Source: Bispira polyomma
Lineage: Eukaryota
NCBI GenBank assembly: GCA_965649765.1
Contig: OZ287756.1
Coordinates: forward strand, 38,440,001-38,504,000
Reading direction: 5' to 3'
Length of the DNA: 64,000 nucleotides
Position 1 is the stretch's first letter, and the number at the start of each line of letters is the position of its first letter. The notes under the pieces are model-generated. The model worked only from the letters and a program-made list of their open reading frames with translations. It had not been told where the DNA came from and did not search any database. Positions 10,837 through 22,648 of the stretch are shown in pieces. The position numbers and the translations under genes are program-made.

Positions 10837-12170
10837 ATGATTTTATATTATTTAAATCAGAAATATTTAAATCAGAAACAGGAATGTAATACAAGAAAAA
10901 GTAGCATTATTTCAACCACCTTTGGTTGATCCTTCAATTGACCATATTGATTGGGTCGAGTACAGACCAAGTGGGCAAGTGAAAGACGATAGTGTTATTG
11001 AAATTAACGTCCCTGGTGATGGTGCAGATTATATTGATCTGAAACGCAGTCGGCTTCGTGTAACTTTTAAAATTGTAAAAGCTGATGGGTCTCCAATTAC
11101 AGATGCAGTATGGCAGTAGGCCCAGTATATCTTACCCTACAATCATTATTTCACCAAATGGATATATCTCTACAACAGATAAATCTATCGGCTAGAGTTG
11201 GTATTAATTACCCATACAAAAGCATTCTACACGTTTGGCTTCATAGTGGGTATAGTGATACTCTAACCTTAATGAGAGGAGAGTTATTTATAAATGATCA
11301 GGCTGGATATTATGACAATGTAACTGGAAATACCAGATTTCAATATAGACGAATACGCTGTAGTTTAAGTCAAGAAGTTGATTTATATGGCCCTTTAATG
11401 CTTGACTTAGCACAAAAAGATAGGCTTATTCTAAATGGTGTTCAAGTTAATTTCAAACTATATCCGAGTCACCTATGTCTGCTGCTACTGATACTGAAAA
11501 ATTGAAATGTGAATTAACACATGTCAGCATTGATTTATGCCAGGTAAAACTAAAACCAGAATTAGTTTTACCTCATGCTAATGCATTAAAAAGAGGTCCA
11601 GCTCTATATCCCTATGGGTGTAGCGAATTTAAAGGTTTTACAATTCCTAAAGGAACTAGAAATTGGAGTAATGATGGTACTTTTCACGGATCTGTACCAA
11701 GCCAATTAATCATACGATTTGTCCCTGGTGAAGCATATGGCGGGACATATCATAGAAATCCTCTAAATTTTGATCATTTTAATTTAAGCTTTCTAGAATT
11801 CACTGTAGATGGTATATCTGTCCCAGCTAAGCCATTCAAACCAGTATATATTACAAGAGGTGATTCTAGCATGACTAATAAAGCTACTAGTGGAAAATAT
11901 ACAGAGGCCTATAATTGTCTCTTCTTACATAAAGATGTCAACAATATGACTACTCTAATTGATTTCGGAGACTACCCAAATGGTTTCTGCTTGTATGGTT
12001 TCAATATTGACAGCAATATTGTTGGTGACCTACATAGTCATGTTAAAAAAGGTCATATCCGATTAACCGTAGATATTGGAAAAGATTTAGGTGAGAGTAT
12101 AAATGCTATTTTATACGCCAAATTTCCAGCTATATTAACTATTGATGAGGCTAGAGTTGTAGAAACATGA
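10837..12170 (+). pseudogene. Double jelly-roll major capsid protein, frameshifted
   Basis: LFQPPLVD...WVEYRP...IEINVPGDGADYIDLKRSRL, LQSLFHQMDISL, YPYKS, RLILNGV, NPLNFDHFNL, YPNGFCLYGFNI. Confidence 0.92.
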
Positions 12171-12609
12171 ATACCATTGAATTAAAATGAATTATGTTAA
12201 ATGATCCCCATATTATAATTTTATGGTGGAGTTTTAGCAGCAAATGAGTTACTATATAAAATTGCTGATACACCAAAGGCTTTAATTGTTAACACCAAAC
12301 CACATCCTCATGATGGTGAACATTGAATTAGTATCTTCATATTTAACAATTATATAGAATATTTTGATTCAGCAGGTAATAATGCCCCCAAAAACATTTG
12401 AAAATTTCTTATTAAGACATCAGGATAAATATTATAAAAACAAGGATAGATTACAAAGCTACATAAGTTCAGTATGTGGTGAATACTGTATTTTCTACTT
12501 GTATCATCGCTCAAGCAGCAAATCGATTGAGAATCTTTTAAAACATTTTACTTATACTTATCTGAAAAACGACAAAATTATCATAAAATTTAAGAATGCG
12601 TTGAATTAG
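12167..12609 (+). pseudogene. Adenain-like cysteine maturation protease
   Basis: IVNTKPHPHDGEH*(W), EYFDSAG and RLQSYISSVCGEYCIFYL (H/D/Q/C). ATGA overlap with the capsid stop codon. Confidence 0.9.
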
Positions 12610-12773
12610 AATAGGTAAGAAATTATATGAAAATTTATTCTTGCACATTACCCAATAGATTTTATTATGAAACAATGTTCTATATTTGAAAATGACCTAA
12701 TATATTTATGTGTATATAAATATTTGTTTTACAAGGTTTCCTACACTCAGTAAGATGGATTACCAATTTGTAA

Positions 12774-13440
12774 ATGATTTTGTACCATACAGACTTTCAA
12801 ATAGTAAAAAGTTTCCAAGGTGGCAGACAATGTCAATGTTTTGATCATAACAGAGTGATCTGGATTTGCATAGAAGATTTCAATAATTATAATACAAATT
12901 TACATCTGGGATCAATTATCACAGTTAAAGATATACTTCAAGCTATAGATATAATGAATAATATTTTTGAACTTAAATATAATATTAAACCTCGTAATTT
13001 ACAAGACATCTGCTTAAAAATACAAACTTGATATTGTTGACTCAGATAATCTACGATGATGCAATTGATCGTTATTATTAGGAAAAAAGTTAATTCTAGA
13101 AGAAGTCATTAATAAAATACAAATTTCCATTCGTTCACACATACCTTCAAATCAAATGGAATATCATTTAGTAAATGCAATATCAAATGGTCTAAAATGT
13201 TTATGTTTTGACCATAATCGAGTATCCTAGAGTTACATAGAAGATTACAATACTTATGATCTAAATTTAAAACCAGGCTGATCATTACTATTAGACATGT
13301 ATTACAAGATATAGATATAATAAAATCGATTTTTAAACAGCAATGTAATATGGAACCTCATACCCTGAAGAGTATTTAGGTTGAACAGATTTACTACAAT
13401 GAAAATTATGATCTTGATCTCCTACCTAACATCTAAAATT
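12774..13440 (+). pseudogene. Two tandem paralogous small accessory ORFs of unknown function
   Basis: CQCFDHNRVIWICIEDFNNYNTNLHLGSIITVKDILQAIDI versus CLCFDHNRVS*SYIEDYNTYDLNLKPG...IITIRHVLQDIDI. Confidence 0.6.
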
Positions 13441-13576
13441 GTACTGTATAAGTTACCATGAAAAGGAATAACCCAGATGGTTTAACATCTGAGATGTCCC
13501 ATCATTCCTATTGAGACATAAAGGTTATGTTAATATTATGAAATCTATGAAAAAAGTTTACACAATAACAATATGA

Positions 13577-13920
13577 AGTTAGGTAATTAGTCATTTATTT
13601 TTTAAAAAATGACATCAGATTATACAATAACAGTTTGATGTAACCAGTTATTTTTAAATGTATGACATCACTTGAATGTTTTATTATAGAATATACCATA
13701 GAAAAGGTTAGGTATGTTTTTTTTAAAATGACATCAGATGAAATTATGCAATAACAGTTGATGTAACCAGTTATTTTAAAAAATATGACATCATTGAAAG
13801 TTTTATTGTACAATATACCATAAAAAGGTTAGGTAATTTGTTATTTTAAAAAATGACATCAGATGAGATTATGCAATAACAGTTGAGGTAACCAGTTATT
13901 TTAAAAAGTATGACATCAGA
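13577..13920. repeat. ~120-bp tandem repeat (about 3 copies) with six TGACATCA motifs
   Basis: The unit GTTAGGTA...AAAATGACATCAGAT...CAATAACAGTTGATGTAACCAGTTATTTTAAA...ATGACATCA recurs. Confidence 0.85.
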
Positions 13921-13988
13921 GGGTCCTATATTAATTGGACTAGGACTATCAAGACAATCAGTGCCTTAGCTACAGAGATTTGATCAAC

Positions 13989-14753
13989 ATGGCAGAACCA
14001 ACTATTACTCAGAAAGGAGACCTGATTCTGGTATCCAAAAGAAATGAAGACGCTGTATCGGGGCTTTTCAACAATGAGATGTGTCAAGCTGCTTTCAGTG
14101 TCAACCAAACCAAGGCAGAGGCAGAACAAAAAAAAAGGAACTCCAGAAAAAAATTCAAGATATTCACAATTGGGAGTACAATAGAGGGATGGGTCTTAGT
14201 TGGCTGGACTATGAACTGTATGACAACAGCCTGGAGAGCTCCCGGACTTGGCCCAAAGCCTTGAGTGTACAACCAGATGATTTGGCTAAAGCTGGATTTG
14301 AGCACAGTGGAAAAGGAGACAGATGTAACTGCAGTTGGTGTGGCTTAGTCCTCCAGTCGTGGAACTATTTTGATGAACCATTGACTCTACACAAGAAAAA
14401 CAATCCATACTGTGAGTTTATACAAATGGTTCAACTAACCAGAGAGCACTGCACAGACTGGGAAGACATGAAGAAATATACATGACAACAGATTGGCCAG
14501 CTGTAAATCATGGTCTGATCGCAAGGGCTTGAAACCTGCACAGTTAGCAAAGGCTAGATTCCTCTACACTGGATTCGGGGACAAGGTGAAATGTGTGTGG
14601 TGTCAAGTTACGCTTGATTGTTGGGAATATTTTGATGATCCAATCACAGAGCACCAAAGGCATAAGAAAAAGAACTGTTGATATCTAGATATGATACGCC
14701 CAAGCGGGAAGGTTAAAATAAAGCAATCGAGCAATAAATTTCTTGAGCAATAA
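13989..14753 (+). pseudogene. Intronless inhibitor of apoptosis (IAP), 2 BIR domains, no RING
   Basis: LAKAGFEHSGKGDRCNCSWC...HKKNNPYC and LAKARFLYTGFGDKVKCVWC...EHQRHKKKNC. ATG at 13989; frameshifts near 14135 and 14485; AATAAA downstream. Confidence 0.9.
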
Positions 14754-14849
14754 ATTTCTATGTAATTTATTATGGAATATTGTATAATAGTATGTGATGT
14801 ATAAAATTAGTATATTGTGTAAAATTATTATATTATGAGTAATCAAGAT

Positions 14850-15096
14850 GGGCCGCCGTGGCCTAGTGGTTAGCAAGCATTGCGCTTCACAATCACTGGT
14901 CTCTCACCTCTGGGCGGCGTGAATTCGAATCCCGTCGATGCCTATGTGGAAAAGGTGGTAGTTCCTTACTGTGGGCCGCTGGTTTTAGTGCAGAACCTTG
15001 ACTGACTGTATGCAGTGTTTCCTCCATCGTTTCCAACTAGCCGTCCCAATATAACCTACTAAAGATACTAGAGTGGACGTTAAATATCCAAATTCA
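14850..15096 (+). mobile_element. tRNA-derived SINE with 12-bp target-site duplication
   Basis: A box GTGGCCTAGTGG and B box AATTCGAATCCC. TSD AGTAATCAAGAT at 14838-14849 and 15097-15108. Confidence 0.9.
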
Positions 15097-15113
15097 AGTA
15101 ATCAAGATATTGT

Positions 15114-15360
15114 TTATTATTATTATTACTATTATGCATTTTTAATGCGCTTTATTGATGCCAGGCAACTTCTAAGGCGCAACAGCAGAATCAGTGATCA
15201 AATCGTAAAGTCCATGGGCATAGCAAGGTCGTAAGGGTAGGGGGGTTAACAGCTGGTTAATCAGCAAGCAACCAGACTCGGTATTAACCCACCCCGTAGC
15301 ATCCGGCGGCAAGGGGCACAACTCCCTTTCACGCTTCACATGGTGAAGGGTGCAGTAGCC
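15114..15360 (-). mobile_element. 3' fragment of an L2/CR1-tailed SINE or LINE
   Basis: On the minus strand, a GCGCCTTAG...AAAGCGCATTAAAAATGC stem is followed by a (TAA)n tail. Confidence 0.45.
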
Positions 15361-15699
15361 ATACTTTTATATTGTTTCATTCTATATCTTGTTAAATTTA
15401 TTTGGCGACGTATTATAGATAATATACATATTCTATATAGGAAGTTTAGATTTAAAGGAAAAAAAGCTTGAAATTTACAAGATTAAAGTTTGTTTTGGTT
15501 TATATTAGATTAAGTTATAACCTCTGTATATATATATGTATCTGTATATATGTGTTGTTTGTGAAATTCACTTTTTGGTAATATAAAAAAACTGATTTTA
15601 ATTGATTTCATTTTACTGATGACTAACCCCTAAGGAGGGGGGGCCTGGCCCGCCAGATAAAATGCCCCTAAAACATATATTGGTTGGCACATGCGCAGA

Positions 15700-16083
15700 C
15701 GCCATCTGCGCATACGCCCAAAGGCTCCCAAAAAATAAGGAGTGGTCAAAGTGGACTACATATACTACTTGTATGTATTGTAAAAACATTTTTATGTCTT
15801 GTTATGCCAAATAAAATACTAAAAAAAAATTTGATATTTGAACAAGCGAAATCTATTTTCAATCTGCCACCTCCCGTTACCACAGCAGAGGTTAAGGACT
15901 TTATGAAATCTGTGTGATAGGTGGTAGAGTTGGCTCGGGGTCGAGTTGATCCTCGACCCATGTGACGGTTGGTTTCTACTCTCATATACTTGCCCTTGGC
16001 GCCATCTGTGTGTGCGCCCAAAGCGCCCAAAAAATAAGGAGTGGTCAACGTGGACGACATATACTACTTGTATGTATTGTAAA
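15700..16083. repeat. Duplicated Polinton right terminus
   Basis: About 80 bp, GCCATCTG...CCCAAAAAATAAGGAGTGGTCAA.GTGGAC.ACATATACTACT-TGTATGTATTGTAAA, at about 15700-15785 and 15999-16083. Confidence 0.7.
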
Positions 16084-16085
16084 CT

Positions 16086-16280
16086 TAGAACTGTTGTCAC
16101 CCATGTCTCCATACAACTGAATCTCTTTTTTAAAACTTTGACCAGCCCAATATGCTGGAGAAACACATGCAGTATTAACTTTTCCTTGTTTAATGAAACC
16201 AGTGGCTGTGTCAGCGATCTCATCTTAAGTTAACTGAAGACACAACTGACACAGTTGAGATTGTAGCTGTTCTTCCAAAA
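16086..16280. repeat. Dispersed repeat X, second copy at about 22689-22925
   Basis: TAGAACTGTTGTCAC.CATGTCTCCATACAACTG...AGCTGTTCTTCCA is shared; the second copy has about 40 extra bp. Confidence 0.85.
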
Positions 16281-16294
16281 CTGAGAAAAATTTT

Positions 16295-17356
16295 ATCAAT
16301 GTATCTTTACATATATGTGTATATATTTGCATCCTGCGAAATGTAGTTTTTTGTAAAGCCCCAGTTTCAGGGTTGAAACCTCTCCCCTGTGTATTGTTGG
16401 CTAAAAAAAGGTTTCAATATAGGAAATAAACCAAAAAAAAAGAAAAGTTTTCTAATTGAATAGCTTGATCACTGATATTATTATGACTAGACCTGTTGGT
16501 GGTGTCACTGAATTGATTTGACTGAAGCCCACCATTATTACTTTGTGAAACAGATGCTTTTTACTGACATTTTCTACTTAGTTGTTTGACTGCTACTAAA
16601 AGTAAAAATAACATGTCAACTGCTAAGTTGACCAACCCTGTTAGCAAAACTACCTCAGTTCAGAATGGTTGCCCTGTTTAACTAGAACGTCATTTTAAAT
16701 TTTACCTTCTATAATTTCAAGAGGTGTTTGAGTTTTTAATTTTTTTTTTTTTGGGGGGCACGATTTCTCAGGATGATTCACAGTTTTCCTAGATGTATGG
16801 CAGCTGCTGCAGGTATGTCTCAATACCATGAATTTAAAATCATGAACCTGAATTGGTTTTATTGAATAAAGAAGTAAAAATACCTTATGCCTGAGGGTAA
16901 TTGTCATTGACAAGTTGGTCAAGCCTGTCATCTATCTGCTAGAGTGATGCTGAAGATGGCAGGCCCTTTAATGAAGCAGGTAGGGCACGATCACTGCCAT
17001 CAGCAGTGGTTGCTGTGTAGCCACAGGGAGTTCACAGTTTTCAAACTAGAAACATTCACATTTGACACTGGCATGATTGGTACCCGAGTAACATTACCAG
17101 CGTTCTGTGCTTGAAGTTGGAGTCTGAATGACAAGAAGATAGGAGGCAACTCCATTAAGGCAGGCAGATAGCGTGAGGGCTGTAATATTGTAGAGGAAAG
17201 TGTAGGTCTGGTCGCCACCAGCATAGATGGAGTGTTTAGTAATTGAGTTGCCGTGGACATATGTGACATCGTATTGATCACTGAAGGAGCTACATGGTTA
17301 GCACTATGGACTACTGAGACCACTGGGAGTCGCGATGTGGACGTGGCTGCTCTAAT
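16295..17356 (-). repeat. Dispersed repeat Y with an S/T/V-rich gag-like ORF remnant, second copy at about 33456-34970
   Basis: ATCAATGTATCTTTACATATATGTG... through GCTCTAA aligns with 33456-34781. The minus-strand ORFs 17000-17443 and 34678-35010 share PVVSVVH.ANH. Confidence 0.8.
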
Positions 17357-17449
17357 GCCATTTGAAACTGACTTCAACTCAGCCAAAACAAGAGCAATGT
17401 CATTATAAAATAAAAATGAAATAGAACATTTGTTATAGCGCACTTATAC

Positions 17450-18150
17450 AACGCCGGGCCAATTCAGTTGCACTTCCTCATGGGTAGCCACTATGGGTGC
17501 TGAGGCTTGCTTGAGGATGGCCATTTATTAACGTCCTCAAGGATCATTAATCTGCCACTGGAGATATTACTTAGTAATAGGGCCAACCATTTTAGGTGGT
17601 CATCCGAGCCACTGAGCAAACTTGTGTTCACATCTTGCCCAAAGGTGTTATCCCACCAATTGATGATAGTAGTCGGTACTGGGAATAGAACCGAGGACCT
17701 TGTGATTATCAGACTAACACCTTAACCTGGCTAGTTCCAATTTGGAGGCAATAATAAGCAGACCCAATTCCTCCAATAATTCACGCAGAAATTGGTAAGC
17801 TAAGGTGACCTTAACAGGAAGCTTAGATCTGATTATATCCTTGACGTATGTATGAACAAAGAACTGATGCTTGCAAATTGAATAAGGATACTGTCCTGCG
17901 CCTTAGAATCCCCTAAGAAGGAGAGATTAAGCTATATATCTGACCACGTCTGTGGTCCAGATACAAGATAAGGCTCCGAGGCTGAGATAAGGGGGAGATA
18001 ACTATCAACCGAAAAGTCGTGCGGCCAGCTAAGGTCTATTATAACCCATTATGTTGAGAGTCGTTCTTAGGCCTAGTTATAAATGGTGAACAATGAAGAT
18101 AAGAAATAGGTGAGTTTTTGAAGGGGCCATATATGGCTTACTTTTTAATT
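17450..18150 (-). pseudogene. DIRS/Ngaro reverse transcriptase fragment
   Basis: Minus strand reads YGPFKNSPISYLHCSPFITRPKND, VIIDLSWP and AYQFLRELLEELGL. Confidence 0.7.
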
Positions 18151-18619
18151 ACTACCTGCAAATAAAACCAAAGCAGTATGCATTGCCATTAAACTCGCAC
18201 AACATTATTTTCTTATAATGTAGCATTAGAAAATAATGTAGTGGTAGCGTTTTTCTACCATTTAATAAAGTAAATATTTAAAGAAGCATTCTTAATTTAA
18301 TTTTAATTAATGTTATTTTAGTTGGGTTGGGTTTTATAATAGATAAACAGGCCCTCTTACACCATTAAGTTTACATAATGTAGTACCACTTGGTTTTTTT
18401 CTCTATAATAATGCCAAATATGGGAAGGGTGTTGCTCGGCAGAAGAGTGGTTTTCATGTGAATTTTTTTTCGTAACCTTCAGAGGGAAAATCTAGTGGAA
18501 AACCACATGAAATTAGCTGTCAATCCCATTATTGTTAATCCTATTTTGTGTACTTGCCATGGCCATTCAGAGGACATTGGTTGTAGAAGGGGTTTTGTGA
18601 ACATTCCTGATACTTTAAT

Positions 18620-20910
18620 CATATTAAATGAATAAAGCCATCAAATCCATTGGACTGTTTAAGCCAATTTTGGAAATCTGAATTGGTAAAATCTGTTGTT
18701 TGCAACTCTTTTTCAATGACATTCTGGTGATAATTAATTTTGAGTTTTCGACATAAACTAAATTCTGGCAGATTTTGGTATGGCCTAGAAGTATCATCAA
18801 GTACTCAGAGACTATAAATTTTGAGAAGCCAAGAGGCAAGATTTTCAGCTGGAGATGCAACTACTGGACTAAATTGACTTGTTGTTCTTGGAAATTTACC
18901 AACGAAGCTGAGGGACTGTTATTACTAATTGTCTGTTTAACTTCTGGATGTTCGGGTGTGGATTAGACCTATCTTCAGAACTTTATGAGACTACAAAATG
19001 TCCTAATCTCTATCCATGATGCTAACTCCAATCGTTCTCAACTCCCTTTGAGCCCTGTTTTACGGATGACAAATTCTATTCAACAAAACTTAGAAAGTGT
19101 TTGGTATTCTGAAGCAGAGAGATGCAACTACTTGACAAAATTGTCTTTGTGTTTCTGGAAGCCATAAGCCTGTAACTGCTCAGATTGAGTTGGATGCTTG
19201 CCTAACAGAGATGGGAGGAATCCACGCCAATCAAGTATATAAAATCGAAATACCCAGTCACATACAAAATGACAACATTGCATACTTGGAAATGTTAAAT
19301 ATTGTAGTCGCTCCAAAGTTATGGGCTAAACTTGGCAGGGTCAGAAAGTGCTGGTTAAATGTGATAACCAAGCAGTGGTTAGTGTGTTACAGAATGGAAA
19401 AACCAGGAACCCAATTTTGGTGACATATGCCAGAAACATATTTATGCTGGCTAGTCAGTCAGATATTGAATTGAATGTGGTTCATAACCTGCTTAAAAAA
19501 GAACAACATTGCAGATTTGCTGTCCAAATGGACTGAAAATACAAATAATCATGCACTTTTGTTATAGTTAGAAGGACCAGTAGAGTGGCTGGCCACGCAT
19601 GAAAGTATGCTAAAAGTGAATCATAATATTTAGTCACCCATGTATTGTGTATTAATTGGAGATGCCAATGGCTTGGACACAATGCTGACCAAGCATGCTC
19701 TTGAGAGACTGAGACATGCCTTTGCACCTTTAACCACCAAGGCTTACCAGAGAATGCATAACTTGTTCTTAGCCTATGGGTTTTCATGTCATGGCCTGCA
19801 TCTAAGGTGAACTATTGTCATATCTAGAGTTTCTAGTGCATAATGCAATCTCAGTCTCCTAAATTGCTAATCATTTGTCTGCCTTTAAGGCTCAATGTAT
19901 CTTGTTCAATATCAATGTGGATGCTTTTGCTGATCCCAAGATTGGGTATTATAACAGAGCTTTGCTAATTAACAGACCTTTACAAGTAAAACTAAAGCGT
20001 TTATTTAATATCCCTCTTCTTAAAGAGTTGGTACAAAAAAGTGACCTGACGTATATGGGCCAGCCAGGTGTTCAAGACAGTATATGTAACCAGTTTCTTC
20101 AGTTTCCTCAGAATGTCTAACCTGTGCCCCCACTCAGCAAGTACTTTTTCACCATTAAAGCACTTGGCCAGGGCGGATGTTATATTTAAGCCAGGATACG
20201 CAATCATAATGGTAAAATGGTCAAAAACATTACAAACAAATGATGCAATTAGATTACTTACTCTTCCAACCATCCCGGATTTGGTGCTTTGCCCAGTCAA
20301 AGCCTTAAAAACATGGTGGGTATAACACCAGATAGCAAAAAACATGCCTCTTTTCCAATACAAAATGGTTCAAGATTGGATTCTTCTAACGGACACCTGT
20401 GTCCGCAAGAATCTGAAAAATGTATTTCAAATGTTGGGCCTAACACAATCCGGTTTGACCTTTTCACGATTTGTGACGTTCAGGTGCCACGCTTGCTTTT
20501 AATAATAATGCCCAGATGGTAGACTGCTTAAAACGGGTTCTACAGACTACCTAGTATCTGGTGTTTGGTGGGCTGACAAACCAGATTTGTCAGTCAAGTA
20601 AAGAACATAGTCAAATTGAATTAAAATTTATTAGTGGAAATATACAGTAAAATAAAATATTACTGGCTTTTGGGCATAAGGCTGCCTCTAAATTTTCAAA
20701 ATTTGTAAAACCAATTTCATCTAAGGTCACCCGAACCAAAAACTTTACTATCTTAAACTTAATATAGGGTGACCTTAAACTCAGCTAAAAGGGAACCTTA
20801 ACCTTCAACTAAGGTGACCTTATGCCCCTTTTAAAACAACTGTATATACATCAAGAATAGTTTTAACGTAGTACTAATAAAATTTGTAACCGCACTTTCT
20901 GACTTGTCTT
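18620..20910 (+). mobile_element. DIRS/Ngaro element remnant: RT/RNase H plus tyrosine recombinase
   Basis: RNase H: LDACL...NIAYLEMLNIVVA...VKCDNQAVVSVL...IADLLS. Recombinase: FFSFLRMSNLCP...VKWSKTLQT...LCPVKAL. Confidence 0.85.
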
Positions 20911-20949
20911 GGTAAATTAGTATATCATGATATCTGAAACCCATGGGGA

Positions 20950-22648
20950 CTAAGCCTTTTTTACCAAATTATATACAAATGGCAATAATATATTTCCAAA
21001 TCAAGAATGTGATGAACATAATAAGGTAAACTTTTTGAATATTTCTGATAGCACTAATGATATTTGTGAAAGAAATATTATTTTAGAGAATGTGAATAAA
21101 GCAGTAAATGAATTAGCCAGAAATCATTTGCTCCGGGTCCAGATGGAATCCCTTGGAAATTCTTTTGGAGTGAAATATCACATTTGGTTCATCAAAAGTT
21201 TCATTAATGCCTTTGATTATAGTGAACTCTTCCCTGGTCAAAAATAAGGTGTTATAAGCTTGATTCCTAAGAAGAATAAAGATTAAATAGAATTAAAATT
21301 GTGGCATCCACTATCTATCTTAAACACAGATTACAATGCTAATATTCTGTCAAACAGACTAATATCTGCACTGAATGAAGTAATAAATCCTGACCAAATA
21401 GGCTATATGGAGAATAGATTTTGTGGTGAAAACACTAAACTATTGCAGATGTAATGGATTTTTGCAAGGTGTATCAAAAGCTAAGTATTGTTCTTCTTGC
21501 AGATTTTGACAAAGCTTTTAACACAGTCAGCTGGGACTCTGAAAAAATGTACAAAAATAATGGATTTTCATTATTTATACAGATATTGAGAGCTGTGTCG
21601 CCAATAATGGTCCTCAGTCTGCTTATTTTAAGCTAGTAAGAGGTATTTAACAGGGTTGTCCGATGAGTGTGTTGTTGTTTTTTACTTATAGCCGAAGTAG
21701 TAGCCATATTTCTATGCACTACTAATACTGTTACTGGTGTATTAGTTGACAATATTAATATTAAGCTATGTCAGTTTGCTGTCAATACAAAAGATTTGTT
21801 TAGAAAATATCTTGTAAAAATATTAAACATATCAATAGATCTCCTTTTTATGAAGATTTATGTTCCATTTGGTTAAACTTTACCACAGTTGAACCTATAA
21901 ATTTTATAGATTTCTTGGAAGAACCATTATTTTATAATGACTTGTTGACTATTAATTAGAAATACATTTCATATGAATTTGCAGAGTGGTCTGCTTGTGG
22001 TATTGAAAAGGTTCGTAATATTGTAAAAAAAGATGGTACATTTCAAAGTATAATATATCTAAATGAAAAAAAATAACCTCATTACAACTGATATGAAGTA
22101 TAATCAAATTGTTAGTGTACTTCAAGGGAAAATGCATACATTGGCAAAAATAGAGAACCTTGTTTTGATGGGAAAGTACCTAAGCAGTGTATTATAAACA
22201 TTTATAAGGTCAGCAGCAAACAACTGTTACGACATTTTAATAGGTTGCATTATGTGATCCCCACCAGCCAAAATAAATGGGTAGAATACTAACCCTTTAT
22301 GGATAAAGTTAATTGGAAACATATATGTTTATTAGCATTTAAAATAGTTCAAGATACATACTCGATTACTTTCCAATACAAGATAACTCATTTTTTTAAT
22401 TTTAAAAAATGCAGACCAGCCTTTCTTTACATCAAGTGGACAAAAGTTTGGCAAATTACTACGTTTAATTTAGAGTGTCATATGAACATTGCACAGTTAT
22501 CAGTATCAGTATCACAATTTAGTCAAATATACACTACTGTAAATGATTCACCTGTATGAATGGCAGTTTCTATATTATTTTGTACTTTGCATAGACTATT
22601 TTGTAACTTATGTCATATATGTAAAAACAAATAAAATAAGAAAAAAAA
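20950..22648 (+). mobile_element. 5'-truncated, decayed Tx1/L1-like LINE with A-rich tail
   Basis: PGPDGIP, ISLIPKK, WHPLSYLNTDY, NPDQIGY, ADFDKAFNTVSW, QGCPMS, LCQFA; AAATAAAATAAGAAAAAAAA at about 22628-22648. Confidence 0.85.

Larger units (their letters stand above)
4298..16068 (+). mobile_element. Polinton/Maverick (adintovirus-like) endogenous DNA virus, degraded; left end lies outside the window
   Basis: Co-oriented pPolB, A32-like ATPase, integrase, penton, major capsid and adenain protease, with ACTACT (reverse complement AGTAGT) termini at 15769 and 16068. Confidence 0.95.

Noticed and set aside
14850-14945. tRNA gene
   Set aside because: It has A/B boxes but no proper cloverleaf, continues into a SINE body, and is bounded by a TSD.
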